Assembly: GCA_964036045.1 (NCBI GenBank)
Contig: OZ038379.1
Span: 19,530,001 to 19,594,000 of the forward strand
DNA: 64,000 nt
Origin: Eutreptiella sp. 'Long Island Sound 2002'
Lineage: Eukaryota; Protista; Euglenida
Reading direction: 5' to 3'
Positions 49,301 to 62,428 of this stretch are shown in pieces. The stretch's first letter is position 1, and the number at the start of each line of letters is the position of its first letter. The notes beneath the pieces are model-generated. The model made no database searches. It was not told the DNA's origin and saw only the letters and a list, made by a program, of their open reading frames with translations. A program made the translations under genes and the position numbers.

Positions 49301-52300
49301 GGGCGCCCCCCCCCCCCCCCCCGTCCCTGCAGCGCTGCTGGACTGAAGACGCAGGCACTGGAAAAAGTGGGGGATGGGGCGTGTGCAGAGGGAGTTCGCT
49401 GGGATGGGGATGGGGGTGGGGGCTCAATCAGGAGGCCAGTCACATACCCCCGGGCCACACAAGCACATGTTTTCAAGACGGGTTAGGCACAACTGGCCGG
49501 CACACACACACAGTGCGGACTGACTGTCCACAAGACTGGCCTCGTGTAGCAAGCCCGGCAGGAACACCATCTTTGTCACCATGTCTCGTGCAATGATGCC
49601 GCGAGGCTTGATAGGGATAGGGGCGTGAAGTCCTGCATGCCTGGGCACACCCATCACACTTTCAACGCCCCCTTCATGCGTGTGTCCATCACATGTGGTG
49701 CTTGGGTGCCAAGACTCTCTTCCGGGTCCAGTGTACACACAGCCCTCACTCTTGGAGGCACATGGCTGTGGCGCATTGTTTCAGGGCTTCTGCCCCCCTC
49801 AGCAGGACGTGCCCTCACTCAACGCATCCCTTGCCCCTTTCCTTTCATCCCCCCCCCCTACCCCCACGGCAGCGGTCACTCGGGTGGTGTGCCCTCTGGG
49901 TCCCCCCGCTTATGTGGATAGTAGCACCGCCACTCGGGTGAACAACCCGGGCAGGCCCCGGGGCAGGGCAGCGCTTAGCGTGCCCCGCGGCCCCTCCAAC
50001 CGTGCAGCCAATCCACCGTGGGACGCCACCCAGCCGTGAGCAGCACCCCCTGTGCCAATGCCATCAAGGAGTGCGGGCGGCCCCCAGTCGAGTGCAAGGC
50101 TTAGCCACCCCTGTTCCCCAGGCAGTCGTGGGCTGGCCAGCGGCATGTCAGTTGACCTGGAGGAGGCGTGTCCAGGCCGACTACTCCCCCGGGGCAGGCG
50201 CCCACTGCCTCCCTGCCGGCGCCTGGAGCACCAGGCGACAAACCACCCCACACGCATGTGCCTCCCCCCGCCCCCAGACCCAAAGGCACCCCAGCAGCAC
50301 AAACGCCACACACACAGGCACGGCGGTATCACCGCGGGGTTCGGGGGCTGTCAGCAGTCCAGTACGCCTTGAGACCGCGACAGCTGGGAGCACCCCAACC
50401 CAGTCGAGTCGCGCAGGGACGGTTGCGCTGACCGTGGATCTGGGTGTCCAGGGGAGGCGTTGACCCAACCCAAACCCCCCCTCATCCCCCCCCCCCCCCC
50501 CACATGAGGATGGCAGCCATGCTTCGTTCTGGATGTGGGGGGGGCTGCCTGACCTTGAATGAGCACCTTCTGGAGGGTGCAACACGCGGAACGCCGTGTG
50601 CCACAGCCCCGTCCCTCCGAGTGGACCGGTTCCTGGCAACCTCCGCCGGGCCGGCAATGCGGTCCCACCCCCAGACTGTGAGGGTCGGAGGGGGAGGGGC
50701 TCACGGGCATTGGGCCGCAAGCCGCGAGTCGCCACAGCACTGCAGGTCGGGCACCGCCCACCACGCACGCCCCGGTCGCTCGTCGCTGGTACAACGCCCT
50801 GGGTGTGGCCCCGTTGCAGCCTCCTCCTCCAGGCTTCCACGCCCTTTTCATCACAAATCCTGGGCGCTTCAATACGGGGCCACCAAAGGCACGGGATTCG
50901 GTGCAGCACCGCGTGTGTTGCAGAGCAGCCCTCGGCACGAAATGCCTGTGACGACGATGCTTGGCAGGAGGAGATTTGGGCATTCCAGAGGAACAGCAGG
51001 AGGAGGGAAACAGGGATAATGTGAGGAACGCGGGTAAAGGGGAAATGTTGTTGGTATTGCTGTTGTTGCTGCTGTTGCGCTCTTGTTGCGTTCTTTGTTT
51101 TTTGGTCGTTCTTGCTGCTGCTGCTGTTGCTGCGGCTTCCTTCCCCCACCTTTTCCCCGATCCGCCCCCTCCAAAACTTTTCCTCCAGCCCAGACCCCGG
51201 TTTTAATCTTTTGTCCCCCCTTTGCGCTCCATCACAACTCATTTGTGGTGCGAAAGCATTGCAATGCGGCAGGGGCTCTGGCACTGACATCTGAAGGAGG
51301 GAGCCAGGGCAACGACAACGGCAGAGGCAACGAACAAACCGCGTATGGGTCGGCGGAGGGATCCGGGTCTGGGTCCGGCTCCGACCCTGAATCATCCACT
51401 TCCGCATCAAGGTCGGCATCCCCCTCTCGCACAGGGGGCTGCGCCCCCATAGCGAACATCCCCTGAACGATGGGACGCCAACACAAATGGGAGCACAAGC
51501 GAGGGCGCCGCAACACGAGTCAGAGCCCGGCCTAGGTTCGGCCTGCGAAACGCCCCATTTCGTCCTCTCCAAATTCGCTCGTGCTTGCGGGAGGTGGGGC
51601 AGGGTCCGGAAAATCGGAATAACCGGGGTGCATCCTCCCGCGGTTGTATGCACGAAATCGCCCCACAGCTCCAAGGTGTGGGGTGGCGACTTCGTGCATA
51701 CCATCCGGGAGGATGCAGTCCTATTGTTCGGATACTTCCGTACAGCGCCTCCTCCACAGCCCTTCAATGACATCACGCCGAAAAAAACAACAAATTCACT
51801 GAGAGAATACAACATCACGCCGACAAAACCAAATCACGCACCAAGGACTCCGACCAGTACAAATGGAACCACGCACCACATTTCGTTGGTCAAATACTGC
51901 AAACGGCCACCAATCCGCAAAAGCAAGGCAAAGCACACACAGAACTACACTCCACTGTGTGTCCACGAGGTCTTTCCCTCCTGCCAACGAAACTTGCAAT
52001 CGGCAATGGCCTCCAGATCCCTGAAATCCAGCCCCCTGAGCCTGCGTCCGCCCTGCCCCGGACCGCCATTCGCAGAGCTGACCGTAATGCTTCAAAGAGA
52101 AAACAGAAGCCCCGCAACGCCCAGGACGCCACTGCTGAACCCCACCATCAGTCAGCATCGGATCCCTCCGAATCGCAGTCGCGTCCCCAGTCGGAATCCC
52201 TTAACTCTCGGCAACAATACTCCGGTCGGCGGAGAAGTGAGAGCACGCGGCTCTTGCACCCACAGTGCCAGTATCGAAACCGTCACTACTCGATCGGCGC

Positions 52301-55300
52301 CGATCCTGAACGTGGCATCTTAAGACTCCGAACAACTCCCAAGGGCGGGGATTCGAACCCGATGTTTCACAGCGATGGTTGGAAGACACGCTCGTGGTCG
52401 TGTGCTGGCGCGTGAGCGAGTGATCCTCAGACATAAGACTCGCGCCCCGCAATACCCAAATACCAAAATCGCTGACCCGACAACCGCCTTCGGCATTGGG
52501 GAATCCTTACGGCCTGTCCTGACCAGGGGAGGCATGTGACCGAGATGCAGTTGGTGGGTGACTGGCAGGGCTCCGTGGGTGGCTACCGTCCACAGCGGTG
52601 AGTAACGACTTCCCTGCTTTCTGATGTCCGGTGCACGGGACAGCCACGTGTCTGGCTTGCCCGAGGGTCTTCGATGTGCTCCCCCCACAAAGTCGAAGCC
52701 TTTGCAACACAGCAATCTCATCAGAGTGCAGAGGTTTCTCCAAACCGCCAGAGTGAGGAACGTATCCAGCGACCCTCCCCCACTGCACCACCCCAAATCG
52801 AGGGGCCACGTTGGTGGGGCCCAAGGGGTCCCTCGGAGGGGGCGGGTGCATTCACACACCTCGTCCTCCTCACGCAGCTCCTTCACGTCCGCGCACATCT
52901 CCGCCAGTTGTGCCCGAAGGGAGGTCAGCTGCGCTTGCTGGCGCGCCACCTGTGGAGGGGGAGCGGGGACGGCCCACATGCACCACAAGCCCAAGGGAGG
53001 GGCCGAGCATGCGTCAACTGCAGGCCGTATGGCACCAGCTGCAGGATCAGACCTGCCACTAGTGTCCGCCCGGTCCGATGCGATCAGAAGGAGCTGGGTC
53101 CTCCTGGTCGGACCCGGGAGGCGCTGCTGGTCCCTGGAGGGGCTGGGGGGGGGGGGGCGCATGGTACGGGCCTAAGGAGCTCTGTGCCCCTGCCGGACAC
53201 CGGCGGCATGTCTGTGCGGGATCAGACTTGCTAATGGCACGTGCCGAGGCAGGGCAGGTGTCAGGCAGGGGATGGAATGCAGCCCGTGCCAGTGCATGGA
53301 ACTGCACGCGTACTGTGGCATGCGAACACCCCACACACCCCATCAAGGCACGCACACGGGTCCGGAAACATTTCCGGCAGGTGTCCCACAAAGTTTTGGC
53401 AGGTGTTGGCAGGCGTCTCAAGACGTTCCGGCAGGTGTTATTAGCAAAGGATGTGCGGGATGCGGCGCCGTACCGGGGGGGCCAGCGCGTGTGTGTGGGG
53501 GGGGGGGGTTCTGCTGCGACACAAACGCCGAACTATTGGGGGGATGCTGCGCACACTTCGGTGCGCTCCGCGCCGTGTGGCAGTGAATTGCACGCGTGGA
53601 GCGTTGAATCCGGACGTTTGTGGGCCTCGACACTTTCCGGGTCCAAAAAGTGTCAACACCCCCGATTTCGGATCTCCAGAAACGGTTGCAGCGGAAGGCA
53701 TGGGCCTCTCCGCCGGCGGCCCTCCTCCGGCACAAATCCATGGCCGGAGAGATGCCTGTTGCGACCCATATTACCTTTGAACTGACCCCCCGGAAGATCT
53801 CATTCGCCCACCCGCACATCCAAGCGACAGGCACTTCGCTGTGTCGGACTGCTGATGTGTACCTCCGCCCCTTTGTTCGGGATGCCAACTAGACACGGTC
53901 ATCACGCCTCCCGTACGTTGGACAAGGGCGGCTCTTGTGCAATGGGAACAGTAGATATGGACCGGCATTGGGCACAAAGCAAGTGTGGCATGCGTCAGAC
54001 CTACAAGACCGTCTTGGGCTCCATTGGGCGTGGCAACACGTGCAGTTGATGGGGGGGGGGGGGTGTTTCATAACGGCTGGGGTGGTGCCGTGGGGTACAC
54101 CTGCTGTCCGATTTCATGTGTTTTGTATGACCTGCTTGTGTTGGTCGATGTCAGTTCCTGGGGGAGTCAAGGGATGTGGGGTCGTTTCGTGGGTGGCAGA
54201 GTGGAATGCCGGTCCCACTGCTCACAAGTGCAAGCTACAGCCCCCATGACCAGGGCTCCTTTTCGGGGCGGGGAGGGGGGGTTGCAGCCTCCCCCCCCCC
54301 CCCCCCCCTCCCCCCGGTGGTGCTGAGTTTTTAGAGGCGCACAAACTGACTGGCTCCAAAGGCACCAGAGAAAATTTTTGATTGGCCAAAGGCCCGGAGA
54401 AAAATTTGGCCCAATCACCTGAGTGTTGGGGGGGGGGGGGTGAGTGGGTGGTGTGGGACCCCCCCCCCCCCCCAAAGTGGTGCTGAGTTGTTCAAAGGAG
54501 CTGCTGCCAGCGTTGACAGACTTCATATGCAGTCGTACCCAGACAGCGCAGTTTGGAGGGTCTCCGCCACAGACTGGTGTGTGAGGAATGCTCTGTCAGA
54601 GCGAGAACTTACCGCATATCTGTCGGCTTTTTGGTCCATTGTCTGCATGTGTATGCGTTTTGGGGGGGGGGGTGGAACGCTTCTGCCACCCCCGCCCCCC
54701 CCTGTGGTGATCGCTTTCTGTGGAGCGCACACCCGTTGCTCGAGTTCTTCCTTCTCCGCATCGTCCTCGTCGTCCTCATCCTCGTCCTCGTCCTCGTCCT
54801 CCTCATCCTCTTCCCAACCCTCAGCAGCCCCCAGGACCCCTTGCAAGCCCGCCAATTGTTCCCGCAGCCGCAAATTCTCCAGCAGCAGCCTCTCAAACTC
54901 CACCTCATCGTCGTCATCATCGTCATCGCCGCCATCGTCCCCGTCCCCATCGTCGTCCGACAACCTGCGCGGCATCAGGGGGTGCGAAAGGTTTGGGATG
55001 CCCAATACTTGAAAATACTGGGGACCAGGCTCAAACTGCACCTTCTCGACACAGGCTGGTGCTTGAGCAGGGGGTAAACTCCCCACCCTCGTGGGGTGAC
55101 GATCAGCCCTGCCATCCACTTCTGTCCGCCCCCAATTTGGCCCTGCAACCGGTAGGAAGCCACCAGAAACCGCCTCCCAGCCGCATGTACCGCTGGTAAC
55201 CGCGTTTGCAACCACTCTTACAGCTCCGTTTGGCCCCCCTTCCGTCTTTTCGCCCCTGGCAGACTGTCTCATCCCTGAACTCCACACACTTGGCACATGC

Positions 55301-57173
55301 GGAGCACAGCGGATATCCTGGACTGACGTGAGAGCGGGGTCTCTTTGGGGGCCTGAAAAGGGGCTCTTGCCCGAGGAGCTCCTGCCACTGGGCCGGGATG
55401 CGCCATGCCCGAAAATCGCACTTGTTTGCGCACTTCAGCGTGACTACGCGCACTTTCCTCATCTGCAGGTGCCCCCCACAGTGGCCGTGATGCTTGTAAT
55501 CCACCAGGAAAACCTGCCGTGCTTTCCGATCCCGAGCGCTCTCATCCTCCGACCGCACGAGAACCACAGCATCTCCACTGCATGACAGAGTGCGCACATA
55601 TTGCTACGCTCCACAGGGACTGGAGCTGCCCGACAAACATCATCATATCATTGGCGTCACCACAAAGGACCAAGGGAAATCTGAATAGTGCAGTGAAACC
55701 AGAATGATTTTTCAACAAATCGCTCTTTGCCACTAGGTCATCGGCTGCATTGCCTCGGGTCGCAGGACTGTGCCCCACTGGATCGTCTGGAGTTGCTGGT
55801 GCCCTGGGAGCAGGTTCACCTGACCTCGTCTTCGGTCGGGCGCCCACAGGAAGTTAAGGGCCTTCCGTTGGGACCTAGGTTTTTCTTTTTGTACCAAGTG
55901 CTGTCCGAACGGACGGTGTGCAGAGGGTTTTCCCCCCTCAGAGGGCATGCAAAAGTGCGCCAGAAGGGCATCGCGATCTGCTTGGGGCTTGCACAAAAGT
56001 AAGCACCGTGTGCACAACCCAGTGGCCAGTGGTGCAGGTCATCGCTTTTGCGGATTGACACTGGTCAGGCAGGGCCGTCTTTGGCATAAAAAGAAAACCA
56101 GAAAGCTGTTCTGTCATACTCCACAATGCTGGTCACCGACGATAACTGGCAGTTCACGAACAGCAGTAGGCATTTCACTGGCAGCATTTGGCAGTTGACC
56201 GGCAAATGTTCCAGTAGCTGCCGGCCCAGAGGGCGGGCCCATGCGGTGCCAGTTGAATCAATGCCACACTGTTGGTCCCACGAGCCTCATAAAGATTTTT
56301 GGGGGTGAGAGTTCTTCTTCGGGTCTGACTCATGTTAACTCCCAATGTAGGCTTTGCTCAGGAATGTCCTGCGGAGGTGCCACGGTGGACTCTTCTAAGC
56401 CCTCACGTGCCCCAGAGGCCAGAAAACGTCCGCCAGAGGGCTCTTGGGTGGTAGGCCTTCCCTCCCTCGTAGTCGTGTGATGGACAGGGGGAGGGGGTCC
56501 TGCTCATCTGGGACTGTTTGTGCCAAAAAAAAAAAAAGACGATGCGATTGTTGGGGCCTCCCCCCGCTTTGGCATAATGGCATGTGCACCAACACCACTG
56601 AATTTCCCGCACAATGCCTGTCTCCTACCACCAAGTTCCAAATGCCACTTTTCGTGGCAAGCCAGAGAGCCTGGGTGTGGTGCATGCACAGCAGGCGTCT
56701 TTGTCAGGAATTTTCCGTGCAATCCATCTCCAGAATGAGGGTTGCCACAGACAGGCCGGCGCATCGCTTCCCTGCGCCCTCTATGGCAAGCAAACCAAAG
56801 ATGTTGGAGCACTCATCATCAAACCTGCACGCGCCCCACAGTTTCCCATCGGTTTGAAGTCAAACGCATTGCCACATGTACCTCTGTTGTACTTTTGGCA
56901 TTGCTGACCATACTCATGCATGAGCCTTGAGCAGATTACTGCTAAGCCACTGGGTCATAGGGCGGGGTCGTTTGGGGCGCTGGCTGACCCGGCTCGACAC
57001 ACCCGTCCACAGCAGAAAACTGAAATTTACTCAAGGAGCCGGCTCTCTGACCCACCCCCACTCCAAGGCACTGAACCTCTCCCCAACTCTGGCCTTCAAC
57101 CCTCAAATCCACCATGCCTTCAAGGGACATGCCATTCCTTCAAAAGATAGAACGTGCTTCTTGTGAGCCTCAA

Positions 57174-57264
<91 letters not shown>

Positions 57265-60200
57265 CGCGCGCGCGTGCGTGCGCACGCACACGCACACACA
57301 CAAATTGGCACAAATATTTGTTTCAAGCTTTGCAATGGCAAGAGACAGGGCCCATACTCACGGACAAACCAGTGAACATAGCCTTCCGGAGAAAGCTGAG
57401 CATCACAACTTGTCAAACAGGTGCATGGTGCGCACACGGCGTGTGCAGCAACCCCTATCCCTATCCCCGTCTCTATGCTACACCTTCACTCCCATCCCTC
57501 CCCACCCCCCAGACCTGCAGTCCTCCGTCACTTCAGGCAGCCAGGCTTGTCTTGTGCCCCTGCCGTATGTTACAGGCTCCTCTCCCGGGGCTGCCAGACT
57601 CTCACCCCCAGTGCACTGCATCTCTGCCTCTACTGTCCGTAGCTCCCGCCGCAGCTTGTCAAGGATCATCGCAGCCTCCTGCCCCTGAATGTCCTCATCA
57701 CCATCATCATCATCCTACAGAGCAGAGGAGAGGTGTTGCGGTGCGGCTTCGGGAGTGGAATCGCAAGCACAACACGTTTCGGGCTGCAGGGGGTCATGGA
57801 CTTTCAACTGGAGGGGGTGGGGGGCAAATAGAGCCAGCTCCGGTCTTCGGTTACAGTCACCAACCGGGTGGAATATTGTGGGTGTGTTGTACATCAGCTG
57901 CGAATCCCAAACGATAATGTGGTGCATCGAGCCGTGTATTCCGCGCTAATGGGACACACAGTAATACGAAGACCATTCGTCTCTACACCCTTCCTCTCCC
58001 GCACCCTCCACGACAAAGCGACCCTGCAGCATTCATGTGAGGCCCAGAACGGGACGTTTAAGCAGGGGCCCGGACTGTGGAGCAACCGTTTTGTCGCCTA
58101 CACAGTGAGGCTGGCAGCAACATTACGGTTTGTCTCAAAGGATCCCAAAGGCACCCCAAACATCTCACATTCACAGCACGCTGCCGCTGTGTGGCATTCA
58201 CTGTTATGCTGACGCCAGCAGGGAAAGTGACCGCAAGAGCGGAAGACATTGGAAACACATAAACCCTCACCAGGACACACACCCAACTACTGCGCTGTGC
58301 CGCTGGTTGGGATATACACTGCAGACGTAGAATTCCGTTTGGAATGCACAAGATAAACAAGCGAAACTTTGTGGGATGTACACTGGCATCAACACTCAAG
58401 GAGTCAACACTCAAGGAGGATCAGCTGCTGACCATCCCACATCACATACCTTCCCTGCACCTGGACACTACAGCCGGGTGACAGACACGCAAGCCCTGCG
58501 CATTTGCCCACTGACCGTGAGCAGCTGGGGTCGCAACCAGCTCATGGCTCTGGTACAGGCACGGAGCAAACATGGGACCTGTGCGTCTGCTTCGTTCATC
58601 AGGTCCTCTAATTCCTCAGGATCCAGCCCTGCCAAAAACGAGGTATGAAGAGTGTGCGGGCAAGCGCCCACGCACCCAAGCCTTGCCCCTAGCCCTGGCC
58701 TCATCCATACCCACACCCTACACCGACTGCATCTTAATACAGGCCATATCCGACGTAGAGGGCTGCATGTGCAACTGATGGACGGCATTGTTGGTTGGGG
58801 CCCCACAGAACCATGATGCACAGAAAAAGGGCTCAAGTGTAAGCTCCTCACTTGAGACCCTGCAGTGTGGTGGAAGGGAACCAACAGGGGAAGACACTTT
58901 CAGGGGCTGGTTGTGTCCGACTTTGAGGGTGGTTTCTAACCATCTAGGCGTCTCCTTTCCGTCAATTCAACCGCCGAAAAGAAGATACCCTTGACCCGTG
59001 GGTTTCCCCTTTTCGCATCTCCCTAGTCGTGGGCTACTTGCAGGTGGTGACTACCACCTGCAAGTAGGGCCAGGGGTTACTCGATTCAGGTTCCATGGGG
59101 TTTTCACGTACCCGTGTGTGAAGGGTTCAATGATATCCACACCCACGTGAGTGCGTGGGTGGGGCAAAGAGGTCCGGAGAATTTTCTAAATTACCCACAA
59201 CCTTGTTGTCAGTATCTATAAATAAATTTCATTTGCCTATCATATGCACGTAGCAATGCACAGCTTAATATGTTCAACTTAGTCTTGTTACTCTGCTTGT
59301 TCTGCTACTTCTGCTACGGTTGTGTGTGTCCTTTGTTTTCTTTCTTTCTTTTTTTTTCAGCGCTTGTGCCATAAATTTCGAAAAAAATGTTTGGTGGCCC
59401 TCTGAAGAAGGAACTGAAAACCTGCTGGGCCGCCCCTTGAGTGGGAAAAGTGTAGAGGGGCTGGGTACACTGCACACACTACAGGGAGATAGTGCACAGT
59501 GCACCCTAGGTAACAAGAACTGTGCGTATTAAAGCCAAGGGGAGGGTGGGTATCACACCAAATCCTGCCAACCCCCCTGAAAAACCCCAGTTTGAGGAGA
59601 AGGAAGGGGGGCATGGTGCCCCTCTGTTGTAGCCCCTGCCCTTCAGTAAGCTGCAAGAGCGGCCCAAAACACCCACTTCCACCTCAAAACACCCCTCTAG
59701 GGTGGGTACCATTGGGTCCCTGAGGCAGAGAAATGGTATTCTGCGCTTGCCTTGGGATGATTGGCCATAAACTGCATCAGTACCCATCCACATAGCCCTC
59801 AGCAAGCTCCACAGACTTGGGACCTCAAAAAACACTTGCGCCTCAAAACCAAAAATTCCAAAAATTTTGCGTTCTTAGTGGGGGTCCTTGCACTGCCCGA
59901 TACTTTCAGACTAGATTCCCCTGTGAAGAGCCCCAGACCAACCCCTTCCAAACACCCTCAAAATTGGGCCACCCCAGCTACCCTAGCCTGAGACAGTTGC
60001 AAGCTACCTTCCCTTCATTACCTTCCCTACATCATGCAAAATGGCAAAGGCCATGAACGGCGATGGTCGCCACCCTGGGCATCACACCCTCAACAACATG
60101 CAAGGTTTCATTGGTTCTGTTGTCTGATAAGTGCAATCTCAAAATGAGCAACTTGTGTGCACAACGTGACACACTTGTAGAATTAAACAACCGTTACTTG

Positions 60201-61853
60201 GTCATATGTGTGCGTGTCAATGCACTTCGCACAATATTGCATCTGACACTTGCCACACATAGACGACTTCTCATGGCTACATAATCCCTGCCTTCTCAGG
60301 GTCCCCATAGTGGGGAGAAGTCAATATGGCTATATCACCCTTGCCTTCTCGGGGTCCCCATGATGTGGAGAAATCAACATAGAAAGGAGTGGATGTGGTG
60401 GAAATGAGCAAAAAATGTGTGAAAAGGGGTGGAAATGGGTGAAACTGGGTGAAATTCCAAAAATGCCATGTCCCCAATGTGGAAGAAGCATCAAAGGAAG
60501 GAACTCATTTTAAGGAGCTATAGTCCATGGGGCCATCACCATATCTGCACCTAACCTGACATCAACGACAGGCCAGCATGGTGGTTAGACTAGCTCGACC
60601 AGAGGCTCCTTCCATAGGGCCATTTATGTTTGCTCAGTGGATGCTCGGCCATGAACCACCTTGTCCTACGGGGACCTGTCTACCTACATCATAGTATACA
60701 GCATAGTCGAATGTGAAGGGGAAGGCAAGGGCATCCAGCCCCTAGCATAGCCTGGCAGCTCAACACAGCTACAAACCCACCATGCCGGCGGGTCTTCTAC
60801 ACACAGCCCCGACGGGCAAGTCCTCGGTTGCATAACCTCGCCTTTGCCACTCGGACTTCAAATTTGGTGAGGCCACTGGGCCCAGAACCAGGGGTCATAG
60901 GATCAGGTTCGGGGAAGTTCCGGGTCGACGGCGACCCTCCCATCGCCTCCAGGCGCACCGCGTACTCTGATAAATCAGCATTCTCATCACTTAACTGCGT
61001 GGGGTCAGGGGAGGATACATGAGGAGGGGAAGGGGCATGGGAAGCGGTGGCAGCCGCAAACATGGGCGCTAATTCAACCGGCGATAGGGAGTCTTGAATG
61101 TCATCCACTCCTTCCCGTGAAGTGCACGCCGGCGACCATCAAAACCCTGCTGTCACCTGCTGTCAAACAACAATGATGCCCAGAGTATGACAAAATATGG
61201 GTTTGATGTACCGCCAGACCCCCAAATAGTCGCACTGCACATGCGATGTGCGCTTAAGGCCCCCCCTTAGGGAAAAAAACCCCGGGGGGGGTTTCAGCCC
61301 CCTTCAAAATCCATCCCCCCTTGACCCATACTCCCTTTCTACCAGTGAGCTTTTGGTCCAAAACCTGGGAATCCTATTTCGCAGGTGCTGGCCAAGAAAA
61401 AGTAGTCCCAAGCCCCCCCCCCCCCCCCCACCTCCGAAAAAATTAAGCGGAATGTCCAAACCAATACACTTCCAAAATGCCTCAGGTGTTTTTTCACGGC
61501 TGGGTTGATCTAATAGTATTGCTGGCAATGTGATTAGGCAAATTTCAGGCCTGTTGCCAATGGTCTTCTCCATCAGATCCCAAGAAACAATTTGACAAAG
61601 CATCATGAACCTCAACAAAACACACACCCTCAATTCCCTTTCATTCAAGCAGAACATGCAACACAATACCTGCGCGCATCATCATCGTATTCAGGTCGTG
61701 CTCAAGGGCCGCAAGATGCTCCATTTGCGCAGCCAATGACCGGCGGTTGGCTTCCTCATCGTCTCCGTCCAGCTCACATCCCTGGTGCGCATCCAAATCC
61801 ACCTCCTCCAGGTCCGCAATGTCTGTGACAGGCTCTCCGGTGCTATCCATGTG
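43344..61853 (-). CDS. Gene 2: multi-exon acidic/coiled-coil protein with C-terminal NYN (LabA/DUF88, PIN-like) domain
   Basis: GT-AG exons 61853-61670, 58628-58579, 57714-57606, probably 56513-56407, 54964-54733, 52949-52860, 47935-47787, 46573-46411 and 43682-43344 (stop). Phases are consistent except for one gap before 54964, which implies a missed exon. The last exons read IDFVALRDQL...ALYAYG...DCLDTYMIADIL...YFVGCDSVDYLPLFKKAKGYGIDTV, resembling NYN D..D and SgDsDF.pl motifs. Confidence 0.65.
45801..46233 (+). repeat. R3 repeat of about 430 bp, intact copy
   Basis: Near-identical to 49668-49858 joined to 50482-50731. Confidence 0.92.
49668..50731 (+). repeat. R3 repeat, copy 2, interrupted by an insertion of about 620 bp
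   Basis: Insert 49859-50481 is flanked by duplicated TCAT(C)10+ (49845-49858 and 50482-50495). Confidence 0.85.
51629..51717. other. Long imperfect hairpin of 89 bp
   Basis: TGCATCCTCCC/GGGAGGATGCA, GTATGCACGAA/TTCGTGCATAC, TCGCC/GGCGA and CCACA/TGTGG are nested inverted arms. Confidence 0.85.
57175..57262. repeat. (CA)44 microsatellite
   Basis: Direct reading. Confidence 0.97.
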
Positions 61854-62128
61854 CTAAGAACCTGAACAGCACAGCATGATACGCATGCAAGAATATCACA
61901 GCAACAAACGCAGGCAGAAGACAGAACAGAGGGTTGGCTGCAGGATTGGTTTACAGTGGGCATTAGAATGAAGGGTCCATGTGTTTTAACAATGATGCTG
62001 CAGCCCCGATGGGTTCATGGAGCGGGACTGCAGTTGGCATGCTCGCTGATTCGCTGGCCATCAGAGTCAGGAACCATTGCCAGAGATCTTGCAGGTGGGA
62101 AACTTTGTAGTCTCTGAGGGCTCAGCTG

Positions 62129-62428
62129 AAATCTAAGTACTCTGCCTATTTCAATCACCCTGATTGCAAAAGGCGAAAATCTAGGTACTCCGCCTATTTC
62201 AATCAACCTGATCGAAAAAGGCGAAAATCTAGGTATTCCGCCTATTTCAATCACCCCAATTGAAAAAGGGAAAAATCGAGGTACTCCGCCTGTTTCAATC
62301 CCCCCGGCTGAAAACGCCGGAAATCTATTTCAATCACCCAGATTGAAATTGGCAAAAATCTACGTACTTCTTGTATTTCAATCACCCCGATTGAAAAAGG
62401 CGAAAATCTAGGTACTCCGCCTACTTCA
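62129..62428. repeat. 48-bp tandem repeat, about 6 units, with internal palindromes
   Basis: Consensus AAAATCTAGGTACTCCGCCTATTTCAATCACCCCGATTGAAAAAGGCG; one unit is internally deleted. Confidence 0.93.

Noticed and set aside
48285-51818. Long ORFs of 340-545 aa (48285-49427, 48464-49486, 50181-51818)
   Set aside because: They run through R1/R3 repeats and homopolymer tracts with low-complexity G/P/R/C composition and no domain motifs; chance open frames in GC-rich DNA.
55300-55560. MuDR-like transposase fragment (VTLKCANKCDFRAWRI)
   Set aside because: A short Cys motif only; it could equally be a missing exon of gene 2 or noise.
12626-61853. Widespread nonconventional (non-GT-AG) euglenid introns
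   Set aside because: Every intron I could define in genes 1 and 2 and in the transposon gene is GT-AG; only the PARP insert is a weak candidate.
62129-62428. CRISPR array
   Set aside because: No unique spacers, units are contiguous copies, no cas genes, eukaryotic context.
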